From the IMG/VR virus record IMGVR_UViG_3300022930_000006, positions 1 through 43,831 of that record: DNA of 43,831 bases. One strand, written 5' to 3'. Each line of letters begins with the position of its first letter. Positions within the stretch are counted from its first letter, which is position 1. The translations under genes were made by a program, and so were the position numbers. The notes under the pieces are model-generated. The model saw nothing but the letters and a program-made list of their open reading frames with translations, was not told where the DNA came from and made no database searches. Shown here one piece after another: positions 29,363 to 36,642 of this stretch. Origin of the DNA: a virus (taxonomy: Duplodnaviria > Caudoviricetes).

Positions 29363-29537
29363 CAATAGCCTTCAATTTCTTTTCAATTTCAGTCTCAATG
29401 TGGGTCTGTCCGGGGATTTGTTTCTGGAGTGAGGCCAGGTGACGGTTGACAGTCTCTGATTTGTTCGGCATGTTCTCCCAGTAGTGGAGGTTTTCAGGCC
29501 AGATGTACACGATTCGTTTGTTAGGGTTCTTGCTCAT
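29328..29537 (-). CDS. Small putative ribbon-helix-helix protein, probably leaderless
   Basis: RIVYI...NKSETVN; TGATACTAT 6 nt before the ATG. Confidence 0.5.
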   Translation of the reverse strand: MSKNPNKRIVYIWPENLHYWENMPNKSETVNRHLASLQKQIPGQTHIETEIEKKLKAIDERTDTKRSTE

Positions 29538-29572
29538 GTATGTATAGTATCATATCAGAACATAATTCTCCT

Positions 29573-29682
29573 AAAAAGAAAAGAAGCGCCTGCGAGGGAC
29601 ACTTCTTATCATTGCGCCTGGATTGTTTCTAACTACTTTGGACTCGGCGGTGTCCTCAGATGGTCGCTAGCTCAACAGTGCG
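29573..29682 (-). ncRNA. Candidate small RNA with its own promoter and terminator
   Basis: Downstream of ATGACA-17-TATAAT; closing stem 29650-29668 with 29585-29602, then a U-rich tail. Confidence 0.5.
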
Positions 29683-29688
29683 AGTACT

Positions 29689-29717
29689 ATTATAGCTTAC
29701 TATAAAGATTTTGTCAT
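29689..29717 (-). promoter_or_regulatory. Sigma70-like promoter
   Basis: ATGACA-17-TATAAT. Confidence 0.65.
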
Positions 29718-29848
29718 CTTGTCGGGCATTAGATGCCGTCTCCGATTGTGTTTCGCATGTGTCCTCCTTTAGTGTAGTAGAAACGGTAGGCTGGTTTGCT
29801 CAAGTTTCTTGGTTACTTTTTTAGTTGGAAAGTATAAACGTTTGCTCA

Positions 29849-30385
29849 TTAAGTAATTGTGATGACGGCAGTGTCAGTAACCACAGGACCACTTTTGGTA
29901 GTCGCAGTAATTGTAGCTGACCCTGTAGCAACTCGGGTAACGAGGCCAGTAGAACTGACGGTCGCCTTTGTTGCATCACTAGTTGTCCAGGTAACTCCTT
30001 GGTTAGCTTGTGCTGGACTCACAGTTGCTGTTATCTGTACGGTCGATGCGGCTGCACCAGATGCTGTTTTCGGAGAAACAGTTACCGACGTTGGCTCAAT
30101 AGTCCCTGCTGAGATGTCAATCATCGTCTGCAAAAACTGTTGGGCTTTAATAGTTGTGAATGTCTTGCTCTTGTAAACTGCAAAGAGTTTGTTATTTAAA
30201 AACCATTTGACTTTAACGTAGTTGGCGGTTGCGAATACTACTCGTGCAACATATCCACCATTTGTCAAGTTAGTCTCTAGGGCTAACTTGGCTGCTGGGG
30301 TTAGGTCGCTGTAGTTTGAGTCGCCGTTTACGATGCCACCCATTGGTGTTCGTGCATCTTGCTCTCGCTGTACGTTATCGGCCAT
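29849..30385 (-). CDS. Ig-like (Big_2) domain protein
   Basis: PTSVTVSP...ATVSPA.ANQGVTWTTSD..KATVSSTGLVT..ATGSATITAT. Confidence 0.85.
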   Translation of the reverse strand: MADNVQREQDARTPMGGIVNGDSNYSDLTPAAKLALETNLTNGGYVARVVFATANYVKVKWFLNNKLFAVYKSKTFTTIKAQQFLQTMIDISAGTIEPTSVTVSPKTASGAAASTVQITATVSPAQANQGVTWTTSDATKATVSSTGLVTRVATGSATITATTKSGPVVTDTAVITIT

Positions 30386-30734
30386 TTGGTTCTGCCTTCA
30401 CAGCGTCTTTGTTGTCTGATGTACCGTATGTCTTACCGTCGGTTGCTTCTGAAGCATCACCCACTGGGCCATTAATTAGGCGTTCGCGGCGAGCTTTTAC
30501 TGAAGCACTATCTTCGGCTGGAAATTGGTCGGGACCAAATTCGCTTCCACCTTTTTCGCGTTGGTTGTGACCTTCTGTAACATTGTTACGGTCACTTGCG
30601 TCACCGACTGCGTGAAGACGTGCATCTTGGCGAGCTTGGGCACTTTTACTTAGTGTCGCTTCCTCGTCCTTTAGTGGCGCGTTTTCCTTTGGTTGGCTTT
30701 CGCTGTTCTTGGGATTGATCTTTTTCGCTGGCAT
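30375..30734 (-). CDS. Hydrophilic hypothetical protein
   Basis: SD AAGGAG; disordered composition. Confidence 0.7.
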   Translation of the reverse strand: MPAKKINPKNSESQPKENAPLKDEEATLSKSAQARQDARLHAVGDASDRNNVTEGHNQREKGGSEFGPDQFPAEDSASVKARRERLINGPVGDASEATDGKTYGTSDNKDAVKAEPNGR

Positions 30735-30942
30735 CTGTATTCTCCTTGAGTTCTTTGAGAGCTTGACGCATCTCTTGTTTATAGTATAACACTCTTTTTG
30801 GATCGTTCGGATGTTCTCGTTTGTAAGCTTTAATGCCTAAATCGGTAGGAGCTAGTGCACCATGACCAGTATATCCTATCTTGCGACGCTGTGCTCGGTT
30901 AAGCAGGTGCGGCATAACCTTCTTATCTTCAATAGGTCCCAT
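30646..30942 (-). CDS. Hypothetical protein
   Basis: TAATG coupling; LNRAQRRK motif common in small phage proteins. Confidence 0.65.
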   Translation of the reverse strand: MGPIEDKKVMPHLLNRAQRRKIGYTGHGALAPTDLGIKAYKREHPNDPKRVLYYKQEMRQALKELKENTDASEKDQSQEQRKPTKGKRATKGRGSDTK

Positions 30943-31277
30943 TAGAATGGCATATCCTCAAGCTGTGTGCTTTGATTATCTGATCGGTCGAGCATATAAC
31001 GTAATACGCGAACCTTCTGGCGGGTTTCCAGGTACATTAAAGCCTCTTTGATGACGTTGATAGCGTTTAGCTCTATATCTCCAGTATCTAAGTATGTAAT
31101 TGTAAACGGACTACGGCCAACTGTTGAACCTTCTGATCCTCGTGTTGGCTCTCCGGCGTAATAAGCTGGCTGCATTGGGGCATCATAACCCCTTCGTATA
31201 GAACTTTCTAGCTCTTCTGAAGCGGCGCGATCTTCTGTATCGTAGACTGAGTTACTGTTCTGTGTATTCCGTGGCAT
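30942..31277 (-). CDS. Hypothetical protein
   Basis: SD GAGGAGG. Confidence 0.7.
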   Translation of the reverse strand: MPRNTQNSNSVYDTEDRAASEELESSIRRGYDAPMQPAYYAGEPTRGSEGSTVGRSPFTITYLDTGDIELNAINVIKEALMYLETRQKVRVLRYMLDRSDNQSTQLEDMPF

Positions 31278-31503
31278 CTTGTTCCTCCTCTATAGGTACA
31301 CCGTACAATTGGGCGGCAATTATATCTCCCCAGCGGGTACCTTGTTTATCTTCGTTGAGTATAAAGAACTCCTTCTTCTTTCGCCCGAGCATCCCTTTGA
31401 GGATAAACCCGTCGCCGTAATTCGCGGTGATCGTCGGCTCTGGTCGTTCAGCAGTCCACGTAATTTGTGGATATTCTCGCCCAAGCATTTCCAGGAGCTT
31501 CAC
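31252..31503 (-). CDS. Hypothetical protein
   Basis: GTG start overlapping the upstream stop. Confidence 0.6.
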   Translation of the reverse strand: MKLLEMLGREYPQITWTAERPEPTITANYGDGFILKGMLGRKKKEFFILNEDKQGTRWGDIIAAQLYGVPIEEEQDATEYTEQ

Positions 31504-31673
31504 TATTCTTCTGCCTTAGTTTGGCCAAATCCCATTTCAACCTTGTCTGATATTTCCACTCCTGAGGCTATGTCCCGCATTAATGCGATAACAGCTTTTA
31601 GTTGTGGGTCTCCGACTGAATCCCATAGGATGTCGATCTTAGCAATGAGAACCTCTTTGTTGTTAGCCGTCAT
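31503..31673 (-). CDS. Hypothetical protein (56 aa)
   Basis: TAATG-coupled to TerS; MTANNKEVLIAKIDILW...; fills the gap exactly. Confidence 0.65.
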   Translation of the reverse strand: MTANNKEVLIAKIDILWDSVGDPQLKAVIALMRDIASGVEISDKVEMGFGQTKAEE

Positions 31674-32098
31674 TACTTCAGATCTTTCAGCGCGGCCTCG
31701 ATGTTGACATTGACACTCTGGCTCTTCTCGACGAACAGTCCTTGTAGCTTAGCTAGCAGTTCCAGTGCGCGGAGTTGGTCAGCTGTCTTGTTGGTGTCGT
31801 CTAGTGCTGCTTGCTGAAGCTTAGCTGCAATATGCTCTGGACCCAGCTTGACGAGATTGATAAGCTCCCCAGCTTCCTTAATCCAAACCCTACCAACACT
31901 AGGAGTAGCGATGATCCGGGAGTAGGATTCAGTGAAACCAGCTTCCATTGCAGATTGATAAGAGTTTCCAAAAGTCGGACTCGAAGGGTCCAAGAATAGT
32001 ACGAGGTATTTCTCTTGCTGAGGGGTGCCTGTCCACTGGTTAGGGTGGATGTCCTTTTGTTCTCGCATCCCATACTTGACTCCTCTTTTAACACCCAT
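31673..32098 (-). CDS. terS: Terminase small subunit
   Basis: QQEKY...GNSYQSAMEAGF..SYS...LRALELLAKLQGLF. Confidence 0.8.
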   Translation of the reverse strand: MGVKRGVKYGMREQKDIHPNQWTGTPQQEKYLVLFLDPSSPTFGNSYQSAMEAGFTESYSRIIATPSVGRVWIKEAGELINLVKLGPEHIAAKLQQAALDDTNKTADQLRALELLAKLQGLFVEKSQSVNVNIEAALKDLK

Positions 32099-32122
32099 TA
32101 GATACCGTCCTCGGTACCGTCA

Positions 32123-32509
32123 TTACTTCGTTGTTTCTGCGTCGCCATCTTTCACCTCAATCTTAGTGACTTTTTTAGAATGTTTAGCGATAAAGTCTTT
32201 AACCTCTTGGGGTTCTTCTTTCATCATCTCTTCAAATTCTTCTACTTCAGGAGCGCGATTAGGTGCTTCCTTGACTCCGTTGAAACGATCAGCTGCAACG
32301 TAGAATCCGTTATTAACGATTCCAACGATTTCAGATTCGTGAACCTGTACTTTGCCGTCGTAGTCTTGATAGTGCCATTCTTCGTGGTCAATAAAGCCGT
32401 TAGCAATGACAAACATTCCAGTTCCTTCTGGGTAAATGGTCGGGGTAGTCTCTTGTACTACAGCGACAAGGCCGGGTACGTATTTCGGTAGATTCACTAT
32501 AGTCCCCAT
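32123..32509 (-). CDS. Hypothetical protein, weakly GroES-like
   Basis: VHESEIVGIV resembles the GroES C-terminal strand. Confidence 0.35.
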   Translation of the reverse strand: MGTIVNLPKYVPGLVAVVQETTPTIYPEGTGMFVIANGFIDHEEWHYQDYDGKVQVHESEIVGIVNNGFYVAADRFNGVKEAPNRAPEVEEFEEMMKEEPQEVKDFIAKHSKKVTKIEVKDGDAETTK

Positions 32510-32736
32510 GTCTTTGCTTTAACTGCCCACATTTGAGCTGTCTGTGCTTCGGTGATAGCGATAGATAGAAGGCGTTTCTTTTCACCGTCTTGCGTTTCAT
32601 TGCGGCTCATGTCAAGGTCGTCGATAATATCAGCGTACTGTTGTTTAACAACTTGTACTGAAAGATTGCCACTCGGGTTGAAAGTAACACCAGCAGCTTT
32701 CTGGCCGTAGGTTAGTTCTTGCGGTTCGTCGTTCAT
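32497..32736 (-). CDS. Acb2/Tad1-like nucleotide-sponge anti-defence protein
   Basis: TFNPSG...RLLSIAITEAQTAQMWAVKA motif; 79 aa. Confidence 0.7.
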   Translation of the reverse strand: MNDEPQELTYGQKAAGVTFNPSGNLSVQVVKQQYADIIDDLDMSRNETQDGEKKRLLSIAITEAQTAQMWAVKAKTWGL

Positions 32737-32773
32737 TGTTCTCCTGTTCTAGTTATGTTCTATTTACTACCAT

Positions 32774-32802
32774 AGTTTACCACCAACCACGGGTATATAC
32801 AA
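32774..32802 (-). promoter_or_regulatory. Sigma70-like promoter with GTATATAC palindrome
   Basis: TTGTAT-17-TAAACT; same design as 1781-1809. Confidence 0.65.
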
Positions 32803-32977
32803 GCAATGTGAGCTTTTTAACATTATTTTAAGCCGCTTGTGTATAGAATAGTCTTACTAGTAACGAAAGTTGCTAGTGCACCGCTCTGTCGGCGTCATGG
32901 CAGCTATATCAAGGTAGTTTCCTTTCCCTTGTATAGAAAAGAGTTCGGTAGGCTCGGGGAATGCAGCCGCCCTTTAT

Positions 32978-33181
32978 CTAACCTCGGGGGCGGCTATTCC
33001 TTTTACGTGGGTGTAACTTGCGGTATGCACGGAGCTTTAGTGACTGCTCGTCGGGGTCCTGATCTACTCGGGAATCCGAGAAAGCGATTATTTTTTTCAT
33101 GTCATCCTCTTCGAGGGCGAACAAATCAGACTCATTAATATTAATCTTCCGTAGGTACTCGTAAATTGCGGTGTCGGTCAT
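32978..33181 (-). CDS. Hypothetical protein
   Basis: 67 aa ORF within the operon. Confidence 0.55.
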   Translation of the reverse strand: MTDTAIYEYLRKININESDLFALEEDDMKKIIAFSDSRVDQDPDEQSLKLRAYRKLHPRKRNSRPRG

Positions 33182-33302
33182 TTCGTAATTTCCTGCTTAC
33201 TTCTCTCCCTTCAGCGCTCCACTTTAGAAGCCAGACGGGTTTATTTTTCTTCACACGATTCTTGAGCGTACTATTCTTCCAGCGGAATCTGGTCTTTGGC
33301 AT
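33141..33302 (-). CDS. Basic hypothetical protein
   Basis: Start MPKTRF after GAGGAG. Confidence 0.55.
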   Translation of the reverse strand: MPKTRFRWKNSTLKNRVKKNKPVWLLKWSAEGREVSRKLRNDRHRNLRVPTED

Positions 33303-33609
33303 CTTTGCTCCTCTCTTGGGTAAGCTCTGCGATGTAGTTATCAAGTTGTGACTTCAATGTAATCCGTACAGTCTCGTCTCCGATAACCATATCGGTTTGA
33401 GGTACGTTCTTTAGTGCTTCCCTTACCGCCTGAGCTGTATGGAGGGCTATCGCTTCATCGACAATCTGTGCAGCCTTGGCATATCCCATTTCCAGGTGCA
33501 TAGACTCACGATAATGTCTCCGAACCAATTGCACTATGTCCATTAAAGAAGGCTTGATAGATTCTTTCCGTAGGCTCTCTTGCTCTGGGTGTGTGTTGGT
33601 GTCAGGCAT
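33271..33609 (-). CDS. Hypothetical protein
   Basis: TAATG-coupled start MPDTNT. Confidence 0.65.
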   Translation of the reverse strand: MPDTNTHPEQESLRKESIKPSLMDIVQLVRRHYRESMHLEMGYAKAAQIVDEAIALHTAQAVREALKNVPQTDMVIGDETVRITLKSQLDNYIAELTQERSKDAKDQIPLEE

Positions 33610-33758
33610 TAGTCTTGCGTCCAATCTGGGTACGATTCATCATTCACCCTATTAATTTCAATTTGAGTATCAATATAATCATTAGTCTCAACCTCATTAC
33701 AGTTGCCACAATTACCGCCACGCAACTTTGTACCACAATCTTCACAATAGCTACTCAT
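33609..33758 (-). CDS. Small zinc-ribbon protein (49 aa)
   Basis: MSSYCEDCG...NCGNC; SD AAGGAGG; below the ORF-track cutoff. Confidence 0.7.
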   Translation of the reverse strand: MSSYCEDCGTKLRGGNCGNCNEVETNDYIDTQIEINRVNDESYPDWTQD

Positions 33759-34107
33759 TATCTGTTTCCTCCTTCTGTAATTCAGTGATACGAGCTTCTA
33801 CTTCTTCGGTAAAGCCACGTATGTATCTGCTTCCGCCATCAATTTCATTCCAATATTCACTACCCTTTAGCTTTTCCAGCTCATCAATACGTGCAGCCTT
33901 TACTTCTTTAGCTACGTGTTGGTTGATAAGCTTTTCCAATGCATTAATGTGCCTGGTTCCGACGTTATTTGGGAGGTAATACTGAAGTTCATCGGGATAT
34001 ATATTTAGACATTCGCCGATTTCCCTCCGTAGCTCTTCATTGGTTTCGGGGTTAGTAGTTGGCATTACTGTCTTCTCTGGCCAGTCATCATCATTACGTC
34101 GGCTCAT
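33751..34107 (-). CDS. Hypothetical protein
   Basis: ARIDEL...EARITEL motif; coupled to its neighbours. Confidence 0.7.
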   Translation of the reverse strand: MSRRNDDDWPEKTVMPTTNPETNEELRREIGECLNIYPDELQYYLPNNVGTRHINALEKLINQHVAKEVKAARIDELEKLKGSEYWNEIDGGSRYIRGFTEEVEARITELQKEETDNE

Positions 34108-34235
34108 TATTTGTTCCTCTTGCGTTTAATTGCGTTCTGTATGACTAATAGGCCCACTGTCAAAAAGCCAATGAAGGCGATAGCAGCTACTATCAAACAA
34201 ACCACTATACCAAGACCCCAAAAGAATCCGTCCAT
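34107..34235 (-). CDS. Small membrane protein (42 aa)
   Basis: MDGFFWGLGIVVCLIVAAIAF...KRKRNK; TAATG coupling at both ends. Confidence 0.7.
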   Translation of the reverse strand: MDGFFWGLGIVVCLIVAAIAFIGFLTVGLLVIQNAIKRKRNK

Positions 34236-34696
34236 TACTCCCCCTTCAATTCATGGTACTCAGCCCAGAGGACCTGAATCTGTGCGTTCCACTCATAGAC
34301 CTTACGGCTTTGAGACTCAGCGTCCTGGTTGTTGGCAATCTCTTCTCGTATCAGTTCATTAATGCCATCAATTTCAGCACGGATACCAGCTCTACTACGG
34401 CCAATAAGATGGTCAGGGAGTTTCTTAGCCCCAGTGGGGATTCCTTCGTTGCCCTGGGGAACCCACATATCGCCGCCAGCCTTAACCTTATTCATAAGCT
34501 CATCCATTTCACTTGGTGCGGCGACAGACGTCATACTAATAAGTGTTTCATTCATGTCTTTGGCGTGGCCGAGGTCCCGATTCAAAGCAGCCCCCAAGAG
34601 GAGACTCCCCATCATACTAATACTTCGTTGATCTTCTTTCGCGCGTACCGCAATGGCTTCGTACAGTTCATCGCTAATCCTTAACATCTTACTCAT
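34235..34696 (-). CDS. Arc-like ribbon-helix-helix regulator, probably leaderless
   Basis: MSKMLRISDELYEAIAVRAKEDQRSIS; TGTACA-17-TACACT promoter ends 6 nt before the ATG. Confidence 0.7.
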   Translation of the reverse strand: MSKMLRISDELYEAIAVRAKEDQRSISMMGSLLLGAALNRDLGHAKDMNETLISMTSVAAPSEMDELMNKVKAGGDMWVPQGNEGIPTGAKKLPDHLIGRSRAGIRAEIDGINELIREEIANNQDAESQSRKVYEWNAQIQVLWAEYHELKGE

Positions 34697-34871
34697 ACAC
34701 ACAGTGTAGCATAATGTATGCACTTTGTACACAGCTTGTATCGTATATACCTTTTTGAAAGACCCCCCCTGAGATTTTTTGTAGGCATGTTATTAGGTAT
34801 GGCCTGCGAGCATAAACGCATATCCCACGCCCCGCCGCGCCACACCGCCAGGCTCCACGATTTAGTGTCCA

Positions 34872-34901
34872 CCCGCCCCCTCCCCTACCCCCCCTCACCC
34901 C
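34872..34901 (-). other. G-run tract (potential G-quadruplex)
   Basis: Minus strand GGGGTGAGGGGGGGTAGGGGAGGGGGCGGG. Confidence 0.55.
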
Positions 34902-35032
34902 TGTAAAAACAAACAAACACACACATATATTAACCCACACATGTACATGGTATGATATGCCATCATGTAAGGCCCTGTATGCCCATGCACACACGCATAA
35001 TGACCATGGTATCAGCTATCACACATAGCCTA

Positions 35033-35060
35033 ACGTCGTACAATCTATGTTGTGCGACAT
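35033..35060. other. dif-like tyrosine-recombinase site (11-6-11)
   Basis: ACGTCGTACAA-TCTATG-TTGTGCGACAT; arms are inverted with 2 mismatches. Confidence 0.55.
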
Positions 35061-35424
35061 AAGAAGGGGTAATGTGAGGGTCATATGGGTAGCACTATGG
35101 GTAATCTAGGGGCTATAACAGGGGTCAGATAGGAATGTGTATGGCTATTACAGAAGGTGGATGAGTGAACGTGACGGAAGAACAATATAGAATCGTACTT
35201 TCGAGTACTATGCTGGTGCTCTGCACTCTACTAGTCTCTTAGTCTCCTATACAAGGATTACACCTAGGACCAGGCAATCACGGCCGATTTTATCCCCTTT
35301 GCTTCGCCTACTATATGAGTGCTACGTTACTATCTACTGTGATGCTCCTATGTTTACTACATGTAATGACCAACCAATATTAGACAATCAGGGCGGATTT
35401 ATGTCAAATTAACCCTTCTCAGCC

Positions 35425-35433
35425 TGTGGATAA
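35425..35433 (-). promoter_or_regulatory. DnaA box
   Basis: Exact TTATCCACA on the minus strand in the divergent intergenic region. Confidence 0.45.
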
Positions 35434-35461
35434 GTCAATAAGATTTCATGAATTATATGGG

Positions 35462-35490
35462 TTTACAATGGTTAAGGCTTGGCGTATAGT
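35462..35490 (+). promoter_or_regulatory. Early promoter P1
   Basis: TTTACA-17-TATAGT. Confidence 0.7.
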
Positions 35491-35610
35491 TAGACATAGC
35501 CAAACGGCCTACCGCAACTTAAAAACACAGCGCACACGATCAACATAATAACCGCTCTATAAATAACCTTACACTCATACTTAGTGAAGACAACCTTAGA
35601 AATTATATAG

Positions 35611-35639
35611 TTGACAAATAAAGCGCCGTGAACTAAGAT
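35611..35639 (+). promoter_or_regulatory. Early promoter P2
   Basis: TTGACA-17-TAAGAT. Confidence 0.75.
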
Positions 35640-35814
35640 TGAGATAGCTCGAAAGGCTAACACATTAACAACTCGACAACCATCACTGACTAGCATGATA
35701 GCTATGAAGGGGGACAGGAAGCTAGCAAGCAACCTTAGATAACCATCAGTGATGCACGTTGATTCAGTACAGTATATTGATAGATTGATAACGATAACAA
35801 ATGAAGGACACTAT

Positions 35815-35976
35815 ATGACATACGAACCAACAGCAACCAAACGATACCAGTACCGACGTGCAGGATTAGTAACGATTAAGAGCCAACCATCACAGCCTAC
35901 AAGCTGGGGCGGATTTGCACTGATCGTCATACTAACAGCAATGTTACTACTACCAGCACTGCTAGGGCTAAACTAA
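35815..35976 (+). CDS. Small protein with C-terminal TM helix
   Basis: Start MTYEPT after AAGGA. Confidence 0.7.
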   Translation: MTYEPTATKRYQYRRAGLVTIKSQPSQPTSWGGFALIVILTAMLLLPALLGLN

Positions 35977-36215
35977 TGAAGACTGCAATTATATTGACAG
36001 TAGTAGCACTGTTTGGAGCATTACAACTATTACATGATATAGCTGAGGCTATGCCAGTACGAGTACCATCAACCCAGCAAACTCTTGAAGTGTGTAACAA
36101 AGCGCATAACGAGATCAACGCTGAGAGTGAAGTGCTCTGTGGTCAAATGCAAGACCAAACAGGGACACAATATGGTTGTGACATCAACGGCCAAAATTGT
36201 TTCTTAAAAAGATAG
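35976..36215 (+). CDS. Small secreted or membrane Cys-rich protein
   Basis: Signal-like N-terminus, four Cys residues; TAATG coupling. Confidence 0.7.
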   Translation: MKTAIILTVVALFGALQLLHDIAEAMPVRVPSTQQTLEVCNKAHNEINAESEVLCGQMQDQTGTQYGCDINGQNCFLKR

Positions 36216-36243
36216 CGTTATCGCTATCAATCTATCAATATAC

Positions 36244-36597
36244 GTTCAGTATTATCATGGGCACATAAGAGAAACGGCCGAGCAATCGGACTTCGTATCC
36301 TAAACAGTGTAAGTCTAATCTTGTGTGTTCAGAGTACCAATATGAGTGTGGCGAAAGCCCTAGTACAGACGTGAAGCGAGATTGTAAGCAAAGCTATTGC
36401 CGAGCGCACCATCCAGCCACTATGCAGTTGTCGGGATGCGTAACCACATTAGCTCATTGCGGAAACAGTCGAGGAGCGTGTCGGATCACTATTTACTTAG
36501 CCCGACAATCAACGTGCCTAGTGTGGGGTAGTACCACAACAATAGATCAGTAGCTTTAAGTTAGGCCTGATCCCCTCGACCCATGATAATACTGAAC
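36244..36597 (+). ncRNA. Candidate large structured ncRNA (~354 nt)
   Basis: Perfect 18-bp closing stem, three internal domains, GNRA loops and a 9-bp cross-domain pairing. Confidence 0.7.
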
Positions 36598-36642
36598 TTT
36601 GATGATACCCGTACCCCCGGCTGTTCGATTCAGTCCTTCAAA
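36598..36642 (+). ncRNA. tRNA-like minihelix (acceptor stem plus T-arm)
   Basis: TTTGATG/CTTCAAA stem continuing into GGCTG-TTCGATT-CAGTC. Confidence 0.4.

Larger units (their letters stand above)
35772..36243. repeat. 27-bp inverted repeat pair (35772-35798 and 36217-36243) bracketing two genes
   Basis: GTATATTGATAGATTGATAACGATAAC versus GTTATCGCTATCAATCTATCAATATAC; 26 of 27 complementary. Confidence 0.9.

Noticed and set aside
29615-29660. CTGAGGA...GAAAC on the minus strand as a hammerhead ribozyme core
   Set aside because: No stem II can form between the core motifs.
32830-32975. Possible plus-strand sRNA (ACTAGTAAC-GAAA-GTTGCTAGT hairpin, repeated TGTATAGAA)
   Set aside because: Only one convincing hairpin and no clear promoter or closing stem; too weak to call.
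7522-34906. Numerous plus-strand ORFs opposite the structural genes
   Set aside because: They are antisense shadows of well-supported minus-strand genes, with no RBS or motifs.
36323-36553. 76 aa ORF inside the large RNA
   Set aside because: No SD, non-ATG start and atypical composition; base-pairing explains the region better.
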